A stretch of 64,000 nucleotides of DNA from assembly GCA_963779865.1 (NCBI GenBank), contig CAVZZX010000003.1, positions 1,924,429 to 1,988,428 on the forward strand, in the 5' to 3' direction. A model generated the notes under the pieces. That model was not told the origin of the DNA. It was given only the letters and a program-made list of their open reading frames with translations, and searched no databases. Every line of letters begins with the position of its first letter. The first letter of the stretch is position 1. Shown here one piece after another: positions 1-11,377 of the stretch. A program made the translations under genes and the position numbers. The DNA is from an uncultured Gammaproteobacteria bacterium (lineage in GTDB: Bacteria; Pseudomonadota; Gammaproteobacteria; CAVZZX01).

Positions 1-239
1 TGGAAGGGCACGTGGTCAAGTCCCCGATGGTGGGCACCTTCTATGAAGCCTCCGCCCCCGGCGCAAAGCCGTTCGTCACCGTCGGCCAGCAGGTCGGGGT
101 TGGCGACACGCTCTGCATCATCGAGGCGATGAAGCTGCTCAACCAGATCGAGGCCGACCAGGCCGGGAGCATCAAGGCCGTGCTGGTCGACAACGGCCAG
201 CCCGTGGAATACGGCCAGCCGCTGTTCATCATCGGCTAA
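1..239 (+). CDS. accB: Biotin carboxyl carrier protein of acetyl-CoA carboxylase, C-terminal part (5' end outside window)
   Basis: Biotinyl-lysine motif region [15 protein letters not shown]; followed immediately by accC; ORF open to window start. Confidence 0.85.
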   Translation, partial: EGHVVKSPMVGTFYEASAPGAKPFVTVGQQVGVGDTLCIIEAMKLLNQIEADQAGSIKAVLVDNGQPVEYGQPLFIIG

Positions 240-303
240 TGGCAACGTGCGGTCCGCGCGCGTGCGCCGGGCCCCGCCCCCAGACAGCGACGATCCCGCA
301 GCA

Positions 304-1644
<1,341 letters not shown>

Positions 1645-1715
1645 AGGCGTACCGCCGAGGCGTAGGCGGCGCCCGCCTCGGCCGGTGCCTCGCGAGCCGC
1701 TGTCGATAACCGCCG

Positions 1716-2594
1716 GTGGCGTGGCTGCAGCTCATACTGGAAACCGACGCCGCGCGTGCGGAGGCGGTGTCGGCGGCGCTCGAAGCCCAGGGCGCCCTGG
1801 CGGTCACCCTGGGCGATGCCGCGGACGACCCCCTGTTCGAACCGCCGCCGGGCAGCACGCCCCTGTGGCGGCACACCCGCGTGACTGCCCTGTTCGCCGC
1901 CGATGCCGACGTCAACGCGGCGCTCGGCCGTGCCGAGGAGGCCCTGGGCTTTGCCCTGGGGGGCTGGCGGGTGGAGCCGCTGGCCGATCAGGATTGGGAG
2001 CGCAGTTGGATGGACGACTTCCATCCCATCCGCTTCGGCGAGCGCCTCTGGATCTGCCCCAGCTGGCACACGCCGCCCGCCCCGGAGGCGGTCAACATCC
2101 TGCTCGATCCCGGGCTGGCCTTCGGCACCGGCACCCACCCGACCACGGCCATGTGCCTGCGCTGGCTCGATGCCCATCCGCCGCAAGGGCGGGAGGTGCT
2201 CGATTTCGGCTGCGGCTCGGGCGTGCTCGCGGTGGCCGCGTGCCGGCTCGGCGCGGCCGACGCCTGGGCCACCGACATCGATCCGCAGGCGCTGCAGGCC
2301 ACGCGCGCCAACGCGGCCAAGAACGGCGTCGAGGCCTGCGTGCGCACCGCGGCGCCCGACATCCTGCCCGCGCCGCTGCAGGTCGACGTGCTGCTCGCCA
2401 ACATCCTCGCGCGCCCCTTGATCGACCTGGCCCCGGCGCTTGCCGGCCGCGTGCGGTCGGGCGGATGGGCGCTGCTATCAGGTATCCTTGCAGAGCAGGC
2501 AGGGACGGTGATCGCCGCCTATGCCCCCTGGATCGACCTGCGCGTCTGGCAACAGGAAGAGGACTGGGTCTGCCTCAGCGGGCGGCGCCGCTGA
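1716..2594 (+). CDS. prmA: Ribosomal protein L11 methyltransferase
   Basis: SAM-MTase motif VLDFGCGSGVLAVAA, N-term WLQL, conserved position after accBC; GTG start. Confidence 0.85.
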   Translation: MAWLQLILETDAARAEAVSAALEAQGALAVTLGDAADDPLFEPPPGSTPLWRHTRVTALFAADADVNAALGRAEEALGFALGGWRVEPLADQDWERSWMDDFHPIRFGERLWICPSWHTPPAPEAVNILLDPGLAFGTGTHPTTAMCLRWLDAHPPQGREVLDFGCGSGVLAVAACRLGAADAWATDIDPQALQATRANAAKNGVEACVRTAAPDILPAPLQVDVLLANILARPLIDLAPALAGRVRSGGWALLSGILAEQAGTVIAAYAPWIDLRVWQQEEDWVCLSGRRR

Positions 2595-2609
2595 GCGAGC
2601 CACGCAGCC

Positions 2610-3554
2610 ATGTACACCGAGTGTCCGCACTGCCACACCCTGTTCCGCATCGGCGCCGAGGAGCTGCGCGCCGCGCGCGGCCTGGCGCGTTGCGGACGCT
2701 GTGCCCGCCTGTTCAATGCGGTGGAGCAGCTGCGCGAGCCGCCGGGTCCCGAGGAGGATGGCGCTGCGCAAACGGCCGCGCGCCCTGCCATCGGCCCCGC
2801 CGATGCGGCGGCGCCCGAGGTCGAGCCGGAGCGCCCCGAACCGCCCCCCCCGCAGGAGGCGGCCGAGGCGCCCGCCCCCTCCGAAGGGACGGCCGCGGAG
2901 CGCGCGCGCGACGAAGAAGACGAAGACCTGCCGCATATCCAGACGCCGCCGCTGGCCCGCGCGGACGAGGAGGAGCGGCGCGTGCGCCGCGCCCGAGTGC
3001 GCGGCATCGAGCCCCTGCCGGCGGAGCTGCGCGAGGGGCCGGCGCCACGGCCACGGGTGCGCATCGGCCGCCTGCTGCTGGGCCTGTTCGCCGCCCTGCT
3101 GCTGCTCGCGCTCGCCGCGGCGCAGCTGAGCTGGTACCGCGCCGGTGAGCTGGCGGCCTGGCAGCCGACGCTGCGCCCATGGCTGGAGCACCTCTGCGCC
3201 GAGCTGGGCTGCGATGTCACCCCGCCCCGCGCCCCGCAGCGCATCGCCCTGCTCGACCACGACGTGCGCAGCCACCCCAAGGTCGCCGGCGCGCTGCTGA
3301 TCAAGGCCACCATCGAGAACCAGGCCGATTTCGCTCAGCCCTTCCCGGACATCCTGGTGACCCTCTCCGATCTGACCGGGACGGTGGTCGCGCAGCGCCG
3401 CTTCCACCCCCGCGAGTACCTGCCGAAAGGGATGCAAGTGAACGCCCACTCGGGCGCCCTGCCCCTGCTTCGGCCGCATCAGCCGGTGTACATCGATCTG
3501 GAAGTGATCGACCCCGGCCGCGACGCCATCAACTACCAATTCGACTTCCTCTGA
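2610..3554 (+). CDS. Zinc-ribbon (MJ0042-type) + DUF3426-like protein
   Basis: N-terminal CPHC...CGRC zinc ribbon, acidic/Pro-rich linker, TM segment, C-terminal conserved domain; commonly follows prmA. Confidence 0.65.
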   Translation: MYTECPHCHTLFRIGAEELRAARGLARCGRCARLFNAVEQLREPPGPEEDGAAQTAARPAIGPADAAAPEVEPERPEPPPPQEAAEAPAPSEGTAAERARDEEDEDLPHIQTPPLARADEEERRVRRARVRGIEPLPAELREGPAPRPRVRIGRLLLGLFAALLLLALAAAQLSWYRAGELAAWQPTLRPWLEHLCAELGCDVTPPRAPQRIALLDHDVRSHPKVAGALLIKATIENQADFAQPFPDILVTLSDLTGTVVAQRRFHPREYLPKGMQVNAHSGALPLLRPHQPVYIDLEVIDPGRDAINYQFDFL

Positions 3555-3638
3555 GCGCCGCCGGGCGGCAGCCTTTTACGGCCGCGGTTTAGCGGGTATG
3601 ATTGCCAGTCCCCTGAGCACCCCGTGCCCCCGGCAGCC

Positions 3639-4625
3639 ATGCAGATCGGTCCCTACAAACTTGGCAACAACCTGATCCTGGCGCCCATGGCCGGCGTCAC
3701 CGATCGGCCCTTCCGCCAGCTGTGCAAGGACCTGGGCGCCGGCATGGCCGTGTCGGAGATGGTGTCCTCCAATTCGCTGCTGTGGGGCAGCACGAAGACC
3801 CAGCGCCGCGCCAACCACGAGGGCGAGACCGAGCCCAAATCGGTGCAGATCGCCGGTGCCGACCCGCAGATGATGGGCGAGGCGGCCCGCTTCAACGCCG
3901 ACCGGGGCGCCCAGCTCATCGACATCAACATGGGCTGCCCGGCCAAGAAGGTCTGCAACGTCATGGCCGGCTCGGCGCTGTTGAAGGACGAACCGCTGGT
4001 GGGCCGCATCCTCGAAGCGGTGGTCGGCGCAGTGCAGGTGCCCGTCACCCTGAAGATCCGCACCGGCTGGGACCGCGACCATCGCAATGCCCTGCGCGTG
4101 GCGCGCATCGCCGAGCACAGCGGCATCCAGGCCCTGGCCATCCACGGGCGCACGCGCGCCTGCGGCTACACGGGCGAGGCCGAATACGAGACCATCGCCG
4201 CGGTGAAGGACGCCGTCGGCATCCCGGTGATCGCCAACGGCGACATCACCACGCCGCAGAAGGCCGAGCAGGTGCTCGCCCTCACCGGCGCCGATGCGGT
4301 GATGATCGGGCGCGCCGCCCAGGGCCGGCCGTGGATCTTCCGCGAGATCGAGCACTATCTGGCCACCGGCGAGGAGCTGCCCGAGCCCGGACCCGGCGAA
4401 GTGTGCGACATCCTCATGGGCCACCTCGAGAACCTCTACGCCTTCTACGGCGAGCACACCGGGGTGCGCATCGCCCGCAAGCACATCTCCTGGTACAGCA
4501 AGGGCCAGCGCCACGGCGCCGCCTTCCGCCAGCAGGTCAACCGGGTGGAGAGCGCGGCCGAGCAGCTGGCCATGACCCGTGACTTCTTCGACGCCCTGGC
4601 GGCGGGCCGGGCCCTCGCGGCATGA
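3639..4625 (+). CDS. dusB: tRNA-dihydrouridine synthase B
   Basis: MQIGPYKL...LAPMAGVTDRPFR, TIM-barrel Dus motifs; followed by overlapping fis. Confidence 0.85.
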   Translation: MQIGPYKLGNNLILAPMAGVTDRPFRQLCKDLGAGMAVSEMVSSNSLLWGSTKTQRRANHEGETEPKSVQIAGADPQMMGEAARFNADRGAQLIDINMGCPAKKVCNVMAGSALLKDEPLVGRILEAVVGAVQVPVTLKIRTGWDRDHRNALRVARIAEHSGIQALAIHGRTRACGYTGEAEYETIAAVKDAVGIPVIANGDITTPQKAEQVLALTGADAVMIGRAAQGRPWIFREIEHYLATGEELPEPGPGEVCDILMGHLENLYAFYGEHTGVRIARKHISWYSKGQRHGAAFRQQVNRVESAAEQLAMTRDFFDALAAGRALAA

Positions 4626-4900
4626 ACGCCTCGCGCCGCGACAACCTGCAGGTGGACGCCGACAGCGACGGCAAAACCCTGCGCGAGTGCGTCGCCTTGG
4701 CGCTCCGCGAATACCTCAAGCACCTCGACGGCCACCCGCCCGGCAATCTCTACCAGATGGTCCTCCAGGAAATGGAGGCGCCGCTGCTGGAGGCGGCCCT
4801 GCAGCACACCGGCGGCAACCAGAGCCATGCAGCCGAGATCCTCGGCATCAGCCGCGGCACCCTGCGCAAGAAACTCAAGCTCTACGGGCTGGACAAGTGA
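4622..4900 (+). CDS. fis: DNA-binding protein Fis
   Basis: C-terminal HTH GNQSHAAEILGISRGTLRKKLK; 92 aa; ATGA overlap with dusB. Confidence 0.85.
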   Translation: MNASRRDNLQVDADSDGKTLRECVALALREYLKHLDGHPPGNLYQMVLQEMEAPLLEAALQHTGGNQSHAAEILGISRGTLRKKLKLYGLDK

Positions 4901-4994
4901 GCCCCCCAGCCGGGCCGCGGACGCCGTCGGCAGACGCGCGCCCGGGCGGTGACGTAAGCCTAGCCAGAACCACCAGCGAAACCAGACCATAGCC

Positions 4995-6566
4995 ATGCAC
5001 AAGATCAAGCGCGCGCTCATCAGCGTCTCGGACAAGAGCGGCATCGCCGAGTTTGCCGCCCGCCTGCACCGCGAGTTCGGCGTGGAGATCCTCTCCACCG
5101 GCGGCACGGCCCGCCTGCTCGCCGAACAGGGGGTCCCGGTGGTGGAGGTCTCCGACTACACCGGCTTTCCCGAGATGATGGACGGGCGGGTGAAGACCCT
5201 GCACCCCAAAGTCCATGGCGGGCTGCTCGGCCGCCGCGGCATCGACGACGCGGTGATGGCGGAGCATGGCATCCCGCCCATCGACATGGTGGTGGTCAAC
5301 CTCTATCCCTTCGAGCAGACCGTGTCCAAGCCCGACTGCACCCTGGCGCAGGCGATCGAGAACATCGACATCGGCGGCCCGACCATGCTGCGCGCCGCGG
5401 CCAAGAACCACGCGGCGGTCGCGGTGGTGGTGGACGCCGCCGACTACGCGCCGGTGCTGGGCGAGATGGCCGAGCGCGGCGGTGCGTTGAGCGACGCACG
5501 CCGCTACGACCTCGCGGTGAAGACCTTCGAGCACACGGCGCGCTATGACGGGGCCATCGCCAACTACCTCGGCGCGGTCTCCGCGAGCGGGGAGCGCAGC
5601 GCCTTCGCGCGCACCTTCAACCTGCAGCTGCGCAAGGCGCAGGAGATGCGCTACGGGGAGAACCCGCACCAGGCGGCGGCCTTCTACGTGGAGGACGCGC
5701 CCGAGCCCGGCAGCGTCGCCACCGCCCAGCAGTCACAGGGCAAGGCGCTGTCCTACAACAACATCGCCGATACCGACGCGGCGCTGGAGTGCGTGAAGCA
5801 GTTCGCCGAGAGCCCCGCCTGTGTCATCGTCAAACACGCCAATCCCTGCGGCGTAGCGCTCGGGCACAGCCTGCTGGAGGCCTACGAACGCGCCTTTCGC
5901 ACCGACCCGACCTCCGCCTTCGGCGGCATCATCGCCTTCAACCAGCCGCTGGATGCGCAGACCGCGCGCACCATCGTCGAGCGCCAGTTCGTCGAGGTCA
6001 TCATCGCCCCCGCCGTCGAGCCGGAGGCCGCCGACGCCGTCGCGGCCAAGAAGAACGTGCGCCTGCTGGCCTGCGGCGACTGGCCTGCGCAGCCGTTGCC
6101 GGTGCTGGATTTCAAGCGCGTCTCCGGCGGCCTCCTGGTGCAGGAGCGCGACAGCGCCATGGTGGCGGAGGACGCACTGAAGGTGGTCACCCGTCGCGCC
6201 CCGGAGCGGCGCGAGCTCGAGGACCTGCTGTTCGCCTGGCGGGTGGCGAAATTCGTCAAGTCCAATGCCATCGTCTATGCCCGCGAGGGCACCACCATCG
6301 GCGTCGGCGCGGGGCAGATGAGCCGCGTCTACAGCGCGCGCATCGCCGGCATCAAGGCCGCCGACGAGGGTCTCACCGTGGCCGGCTCGGTGATGGCCTC
6401 CGATGCCTTCTTCCCGTTCCGCGACGGCATCGACGCCGCGGCGCAGGCCGGGATCACCGCCGTTATCCAGCCGGGCGGCTCGATGCGCGACGAGGAGGTC
6501 ATCGCCGCCGCCGACGAGCACGGCATGGCCATGGTGTTCACCGGCATGCGCCACTTCCGGCATTGA
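4995..6566 (+). CDS. purH: Bifunctional AICAR formyltransferase / IMP cyclohydrolase
   Basis: N-term [16 protein letters not shown]-like and AICARFT domains, 523 aa. Confidence 0.9.
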   Translation: MHKIKRALISVSDKSGIAEFAARLHREFGVEILSTGGTARLLAEQGVPVVEVSDYTGFPEMMDGRVKTLHPKVHGGLLGRRGIDDAVMAEHGIPPIDMVVVNLYPFEQTVSKPDCTLAQAIENIDIGGPTMLRAAAKNHAAVAVVVDAADYAPVLGEMAERGGALSDARRYDLAVKTFEHTARYDGAIANYLGAVSASGERSAFARTFNLQLRKAQEMRYGENPHQAAAFYVEDAPEPGSVATAQQSQGKALSYNNIADTDAALECVKQFAESPACVIVKHANPCGVALGHSLLEAYERAFRTDPTSAFGGIIAFNQPLDAQTARTIVERQFVEVIIAPAVEPEAADAVAAKKNVRLLACGDWPAQPLPVLDFKRVSGGLLVQERDSAMVAEDALKVVTRRAPERRELEDLLFAWRVAKFVKSNAIVYAREGTTIGVGAGQMSRVYSARIAGIKAADEGLTVAGSVMASDAFFPFRDGIDAAAQAGITAVIQPGGSMRDEEVIAAADEHGMAMVFTGMRHFRH

Positions 6567-6602
6567 CTTCGCGCCGCGCGCGGCGATTACGGGGACGCGG
6601 AT

Positions 6603-7895
6603 ATGAAGGTACTGATCATCGGCGGCGGCGGACGCGAGCACGCCCTCGCCTGGAAGGCAGCGCAGTCCCCCGGCATTGAAACGGTCTACGTCGCCCCCGG
6701 CAACGCCGGTACCGCACGCGAGCCGAAGCTCGAGAATGTGGCGATCGCCGCGGAGGACATCGACGCCCTGCTCGCCTTCGCCCGCGGGGCGCAGGTCGGG
6801 CTCACCATCGTCGGGCCCGAGGCCCCGCTGGTGGCCGGCGTGGTCGACCGCTTCACCGCGGCCGGGCTGCGCTGCTTCGGCCCGAGCGCCGCGGCCGCAC
6901 GGCTGGAGGGCTCCAAGGCCTTCAGCAAGGACTTCCTCGCCAGGCATGGCATTCCGACGGCCGGCTACCGGGTGTTCACGGAAATCGAGCCCGCGGCCGC
7001 CTACGTGCGCGAGCGCGGCGCGCCGCTGGTGGTCAAGGCCGACGGCCTGGCCGCCGGCAAGGGCGTGGTGGTCGCGCCAAGCGTCGACGAGGCGCTGGCC
7101 GCGGTGCAGGAGATGCTGGCGGGCAACCGCTTCGGCGAGGCCGGCCACCGGGTGGTGGTCGAGGACTTTCTCAGCGGCGAGGAGGCCAGCTTCATCGTCA
7201 TGGTCGACGGCGAGCACGTCCTGCCGATGGCCAGCTCACAGGACCACAAGGCGCGCGACGACGGCGATCGCGGGCCCAACACCGGCGGCATGGGCGCCTA
7301 TTCCCCCGCGCCGGTGGTCACCCCCGATGTGGAGCGCCGCATCCTCGAGGAGGTGATCCTGCCGACCGTGCGCGGCATGGCCGCCGAAGGCCACCCCTAC
7401 ACCGGCTTTCTGTATGCCGGGGTGATGGTCGACGCGGACGGCCGTCCGCGCGTACTCGAATACAACTGCCGCTTCGGCGACCCCGAAACCCAGCCCATCA
7501 TGATGCGCCTGCGCTCGGACCTGGTCGCCCTGTGCGAGGCGGCGCTGGACGGCCGGCTCGATACCGTGCGCGCCGAGTGGGACCCGCGCGCCGCGCTCGG
7601 CGTGGTGCTGGCCGCCGGCGGCTACCCGGACACCTACCGCAAGGGCGAGCGCATCCAGGGCCTTCCCGAGAAGGATGCCCCCGACGCCAAGGTCTTCCAC
7701 GCCGGCACGGCCGCGGCGGACGGCGGCGTAGTCACCAGCGGCGGCCGCGTCCTGTGCGCCGTGGGGCTGGGGGAAAGCGTCGGCACCGCGCAGCGCCGCG
7801 CCTACGCCCTGGCCGATGCCATCCATTGGGACGGCGTCTACTACCGCCGCGACATCGGCCACCGCGCCATCGCCCGCGAGGCAGGCGCCGGCTGA
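6603..7895 (+). CDS. purD: Phosphoribosylamine--glycine ligase
   Basis: MKVLIIGGGGREHALAWK, ATP-grasp; 430 aa; directly after purH. Confidence 0.9.
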   Translation: MKVLIIGGGGREHALAWKAAQSPGIETVYVAPGNAGTAREPKLENVAIAAEDIDALLAFARGAQVGLTIVGPEAPLVAGVVDRFTAAGLRCFGPSAAAARLEGSKAFSKDFLARHGIPTAGYRVFTEIEPAAAYVRERGAPLVVKADGLAAGKGVVVAPSVDEALAAVQEMLAGNRFGEAGHRVVVEDFLSGEEASFIVMVDGEHVLPMASSQDHKARDDGDRGPNTGGMGAYSPAPVVTPDVERRILEEVILPTVRGMAAEGHPYTGFLYAGVMVDADGRPRVLEYNCRFGDPETQPIMMRLRSDLVALCEAALDGRLDTVRAEWDPRAALGVVLAAGGYPDTYRKGERIQGLPEKDAPDAKVFHAGTAAADGGVVTSGGRVLCAVGLGESVGTAQRRAYALADAIHWDGVYYRRDIGHRAIAREAGAG

Positions 7896-8011
7896 CCCGC
7901 CACTCGCCCGATTGACCGCCCCCCGGGCCGGTGCAATGATGCCCACGGGGGGGAAAACACATGCCGGCGATCCCGGGGGAGAAGCGCGGCATGGGCTCCC
8001 CTGCCTGAACC

Positions 8012-8035
8012 CATAACGACAACACATAACGACAA
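8012..8035. repeat. Tandem direct repeat cataacgacaa (2 copies, 13-bp period) in AT-rich leader
   Basis: cataacgacaaca cataacgacaata seen directly; AT-rich island in a GC-rich genome, about 15 nt upstream of the DUF898 gene start. Confidence 0.5.
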
Positions 8036-8049
8036 TAAAGGGGGGCGCC

Positions 8050-9117
8050 ATGAACGCGCAGAGCACCCACCGCTTCGCCCATCTCGGCACGGGCGGCGAG
8101 CTGTTCCTCATCTTCATCGTCAACCTGCTGCTCACCATCCTCACCCTGGGCGTCTACAGCTTCTGGGCCAAGAGCCGGGTACGCCGCTATCTGTGGAGTC
8201 AGAGCCGCTTCGACGACGAGCCGCTGGAATACACCGGCACCGGCCGTGAGTTGTTCGTCGGCTATCTGCTCGCCATGGGCCTGCTGCTGCTCGGCGTCCT
8301 CGCTCTGGTGCTGGTCGGCGCGCTGCTGGCGCAGGTGAACCCGTCCCTGGTGTTCGTGCCGATGCTGCTCGGCTATGCGGCGTTTTTCGTGCTGATCGGC
8401 GTCGCCATCCATCGCGCGGTGCGCTACCGGCTCAGCCGCACCCGCTGGCGCGGGATCCGCCTGGGGCTGGAGGGCTCCTCACTGAGGTACGCCGGGCTGA
8501 TGATCGGCTACGGGCTGCTCAGTGCCCTCACCCTGGGCCTGGCAATGCCCTGGATGCGCAGCCGCCTGTACGGCCAGATCGCCGGCCATGCCAGCTTCGG
8601 TTCGGCCGCGCTGCACTACGACGGGCGCGGCGGCCGGTTGCTGCGCCCGTTCATGCTGGTGTGGGTGCTCGGACTGGCCGGCTTCGCCGGCTACGCCGCG
8701 GTGGCGTTCTCGGTGGCGCTGCAGGCCCAACAGGCCGGCGCCCCGGCCGAGCCCGGCGCCATGGCGGCCCTGCCGCTGCTGTTGCTGCTCTTCTGGCTCC
8801 CGGCCGGCCTCGCCTGGCTTTGGTATCGCGCCCGCGAGCTGCGTTACTTTGCGGCGCACACCCACCTGCAGCAGGCCCGCTTCGCCAGCGACATCCAGGC
8901 ACGGGGCTTTCTGCGGCTGATGCTCGGCAACCTGGCGCTGCTGATCCTCACCGTGGGGCTCGCCTTCCCCTGGGTGCTCACGCGCTCCATGCGCTTCTTC
9001 GCCGCGCATCTGACGCTCGAGGGGCCGCTGGACTTCGCCGCCATCGCACAGAACACGCAGCAGGTGCCGCACACCGGCGAGGGGCTGTTCGAGGCCTTTG
9101 ACCTCGGTGCGCTCTGA
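8050..9117 (+). CDS. DUF898 (YjgN-like) family inner-membrane protein
   Basis: Multiple hydrophobic helices, repeated architecture; N-term pattern resembling YjgN family. Confidence 0.55.
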   Translation: MNAQSTHRFAHLGTGGELFLIFIVNLLLTILTLGVYSFWAKSRVRRYLWSQSRFDDEPLEYTGTGRELFVGYLLAMGLLLLGVLALVLVGALLAQVNPSLVFVPMLLGYAAFFVLIGVAIHRAVRYRLSRTRWRGIRLGLEGSSLRYAGLMIGYGLLSALTLGLAMPWMRSRLYGQIAGHASFGSAALHYDGRGGRLLRPFMLVWVLGLAGFAGYAAVAFSVALQAQQAGAPAEPGAMAALPLLLLLFWLPAGLAWLWYRARELRYFAAHTHLQQARFASDIQARGFLRLMLGNLALLILTVGLAFPWVLTRSMRFFAAHLTLEGPLDFAAIAQNTQQVPHTGEGLFEAFDLGAL

Positions 9118-9119
9118 GC

Positions 9120-10307
9120 TTGTCCGAACGCGCCGCCCAGGACGCCGGGCCGCACCACCCCGGGTCGTACCTCGACGGGCAGTACTACGACGGCCGCACC
9201 GCGGCCCGCCATGCGGTGACCGTCTGGCTGCGGGGAGCCTCGCTGTGCATCGAGGACGCGGCCCGCGCGGAGGAACGCGCGCACTGGAGCTATGCCGGCC
9301 TGCGCCTCTGCGAGGAGGTCCACGCCGGCGGCCCCGCCCGGCTGCGCCACGCCGAGGCGGGCGATGCCCGGCTGGTGGTGGAGGCAGCGTGCTTCGCGGC
9401 CCTGATTGAGCGGGCGCCGCAGCTGCGCCGCCGGCGCGTCGCCCGGCCGCTGGGCCTGCGCATCGGAGCCGCACTCGGCGTGCTGGGGCTGCTCGCGGGA
9501 GGCCTGGTACTGGGCGTACCGCGCCTGGCCGGGCCGCTCGCCCGCGCGCTGCCACTCGCATGGGAACGCGCCCTGGGGGCGCAGGTGGCTGCCGGTATGG
9601 AGGCGCAGACCTGTCACCAGCCTGCCGGCGAGGCCGCGCTCGCCGTGCTGGTGCAGCGGCTGGCGGCACACGCCCACAGCCCCCTGGCCTTCACGGTGCG
9701 CGTGCTGCAGGACCCCGACCGGCCGGTGCTCAACGCCTTCGCCGCGCCCGGAGGCCAGATCCTGATCTACCGCGGGTTGCTCGATTTCACCCACAGCCCG
9801 GACGAACTGGCGGGGGTGCTCGGCCACGAAATGGCGCACGTGCGCCATCGCCATCCCACCGCGGGGCTGATCCGCGCGCTCGGCCTGCGGCTGGCCGCCA
9901 GCGCGCTGTTCGGCGACCTGGGCAGCATCGGCGCCACCGCGGGCGGCCTGGGCGCCAGCCTCCTCGATCTCTCCTATGGACGCGATGCCGAGCGCGAGGC
10001 CGATGCCGGCGCCGTGAACATCCTGCAGGAGGCCGGCTATGACAGCCGCGGCCTGGCGCGCTTCTTCGAGCGCCTCGCCGCGGACAAGGAGGCCCCCGGC
10101 ACCGCCCTGCCCGCCCTGCTCTCCACGCATCCGCTCACCGCCGAGCGGATCGCCCAGCTGCGTCGCAGCGGCCGATCCGGGGCGGCGCCCCTCAGTCCGC
10201 GCCAATGGGAAGCGCTCCAGGCCATCTGTGGGCCCCCGGCCACCGGCGACGGCGGGCCGGCGAGCGCACCGGCACGAACAAATTCCTCCGACGGGGCAGG
10301 GACTTAG
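9120..10307 (+). CDS. M48 family metallopeptidase with N-terminal extra domain
   Basis: HEMAHVRHRH zincin motif (HExxH), downstream E; TM segment before peptidase; TTG start 2 nt after DUF898 stop. Confidence 0.65.
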   Translation: MSERAAQDAGPHHPGSYLDGQYYDGRTAARHAVTVWLRGASLCIEDAARAEERAHWSYAGLRLCEEVHAGGPARLRHAEAGDARLVVEAACFAALIERAPQLRRRRVARPLGLRIGAALGVLGLLAGGLVLGVPRLAGPLARALPLAWERALGAQVAAGMEAQTCHQPAGEAALAVLVQRLAAHAHSPLAFTVRVLQDPDRPVLNAFAAPGGQILIYRGLLDFTHSPDELAGVLGHEMAHVRHRHPTAGLIRALGLRLAASALFGDLGSIGATAGGLGASLLDLSYGRDAEREADAGAVNILQEAGYDSRGLARFFERLAADKEAPGTALPALLSTHPLTAERIAQLRRSGRSGAAPLSPRQWEALQAICGPPATGDGGPASAPARTNSSDGAGT

Positions 10308-10441
10308 CCGAGGGCGCCGCGCGCAGGCGCGGCTATCGAGACTCAGCCGCTTGATTTCACTACAATGTGCGCCTTTCGCGAGCGACCGGAACAGGGCGCC
10401 GCGCCGAATTCGTTGTGCCAAAAGCTTGTAAGGAGAAATCG

Positions 10442-11320
10442 ATGTCGAAGAAGCATCCAGTCATTGCGGTGACCGGCTCGTCGGGCGCCGGCACCAGCAC
10501 CGTCAAGAGTGCGTTCGAGCACACCTTCCGGCGGCTCGAGGTCAACCCGGCGGTGGTCGAGGGCGACAGCTTTCACCGCTACAACCGCACGGAGATGAAG
10601 GCGGCGATCGCCAAGGCCGCTGCGGAAGGGCGGGACATGAGCCATTTCGGCCCCGAGGCGAACCTGTTCGACAAACTGGCCGAGACCTTCAAACAATACG
10701 GCGACACGGGCATGTGCCAGCGCCGCTACTACATCCACAGCGAGGAGGAGGCCGAGGCCTGGAAGGACCTCGCTCTGAACCCCGGCGAGTTCACACCCTG
10801 GAAGGACATCCCGGCCGACACCGATCTGCTGTTCTACGAAGGCCTGCACGGGGGCGTGCAGACCGATGAGGTCGACGTCGCCAAGTACGTGGACCTGCTG
10901 GTGGGCGTGGTCCCGATCGTCAACCTCGAGTGGATCCAGAAGATCCACCGCGACGCCGCCGAGCGCGGCTACTCGCCCGAGGCGATCGTGGACACCATCC
11001 TGCGGCGCATGCCCGAATACGTCACCTGCATCACCCCGCAGTTCTCGCGCACGCACATCAACTTCCAGCGTGTGCCGACGGTGGACACCTCCAACCCGTT
11101 CATCGCCCGCGACATCCCCACGCCGGACGAGAGCTTCGTGGTGATCCGCTTCCGCAACCCGAAGGGCGTGGACTTCCCCTACCTGCTGAACATGGTCCAC
11201 GACTCGTTCATGTCGCGGCCCAACAGCATCGTCGTGCCCGGGGGCAAGATGGGCTTCGCGATGGAGGTGATCTTCACACCGCTCATCGAGGAGATGCTGG
11301 AGAACCGCCGCAAGGGCTGA
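10442..11320 (+). CDS. prk: Phosphoribulokinase
   Basis: N-term MSKKHPVIAVTGSSGAGTST (P-loop), PRK/uridine kinase family length about 292 aa; RBS aaggag upstream. Confidence 0.85.
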   Translation: MSKKHPVIAVTGSSGAGTSTVKSAFEHTFRRLEVNPAVVEGDSFHRYNRTEMKAAIAKAAAEGRDMSHFGPEANLFDKLAETFKQYGDTGMCQRRYYIHSEEEAEAWKDLALNPGEFTPWKDIPADTDLLFYEGLHGGVQTDEVDVAKYVDLLVGVVPIVNLEWIQKIHRDAAERGYSPEAIVDTILRRMPEYVTCITPQFSRTHINFQRVPTVDTSNPFIARDIPTPDESFVVIRFRNPKGVDFPYLLNMVHDSFMSRPNSIVVPGGKMGFAMEVIFTPLIEEMLENRRKG

Positions 11321-11348
11321 GGCGCGGGCCCGCCAAGGCAGTTCCAGA

Positions 11349-11377
11349 GGGGCCGTCCGCAAGGACGGCCCCTTTTT
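11349..11377 (+). terminator. Rho-independent terminator after prk
   Basis: Hairpin ggggccgtcc-gcaa-ggacggcccc followed by ttttt. Confidence 0.55.

Noticed and set aside
1685-3148. 487-aa plus-strand ORF overlapping prmA and the zinc-ribbon gene
   Set aside because: Out-of-frame with the recognisable PrmA and zinc-ribbon proteins; Arg/Pro/Gly-rich artefact
5733-7217. 494-aa minus-strand ORF antisense to purH/purD
   Set aside because: Overlaps two well-supported purine genes; low-complexity composition
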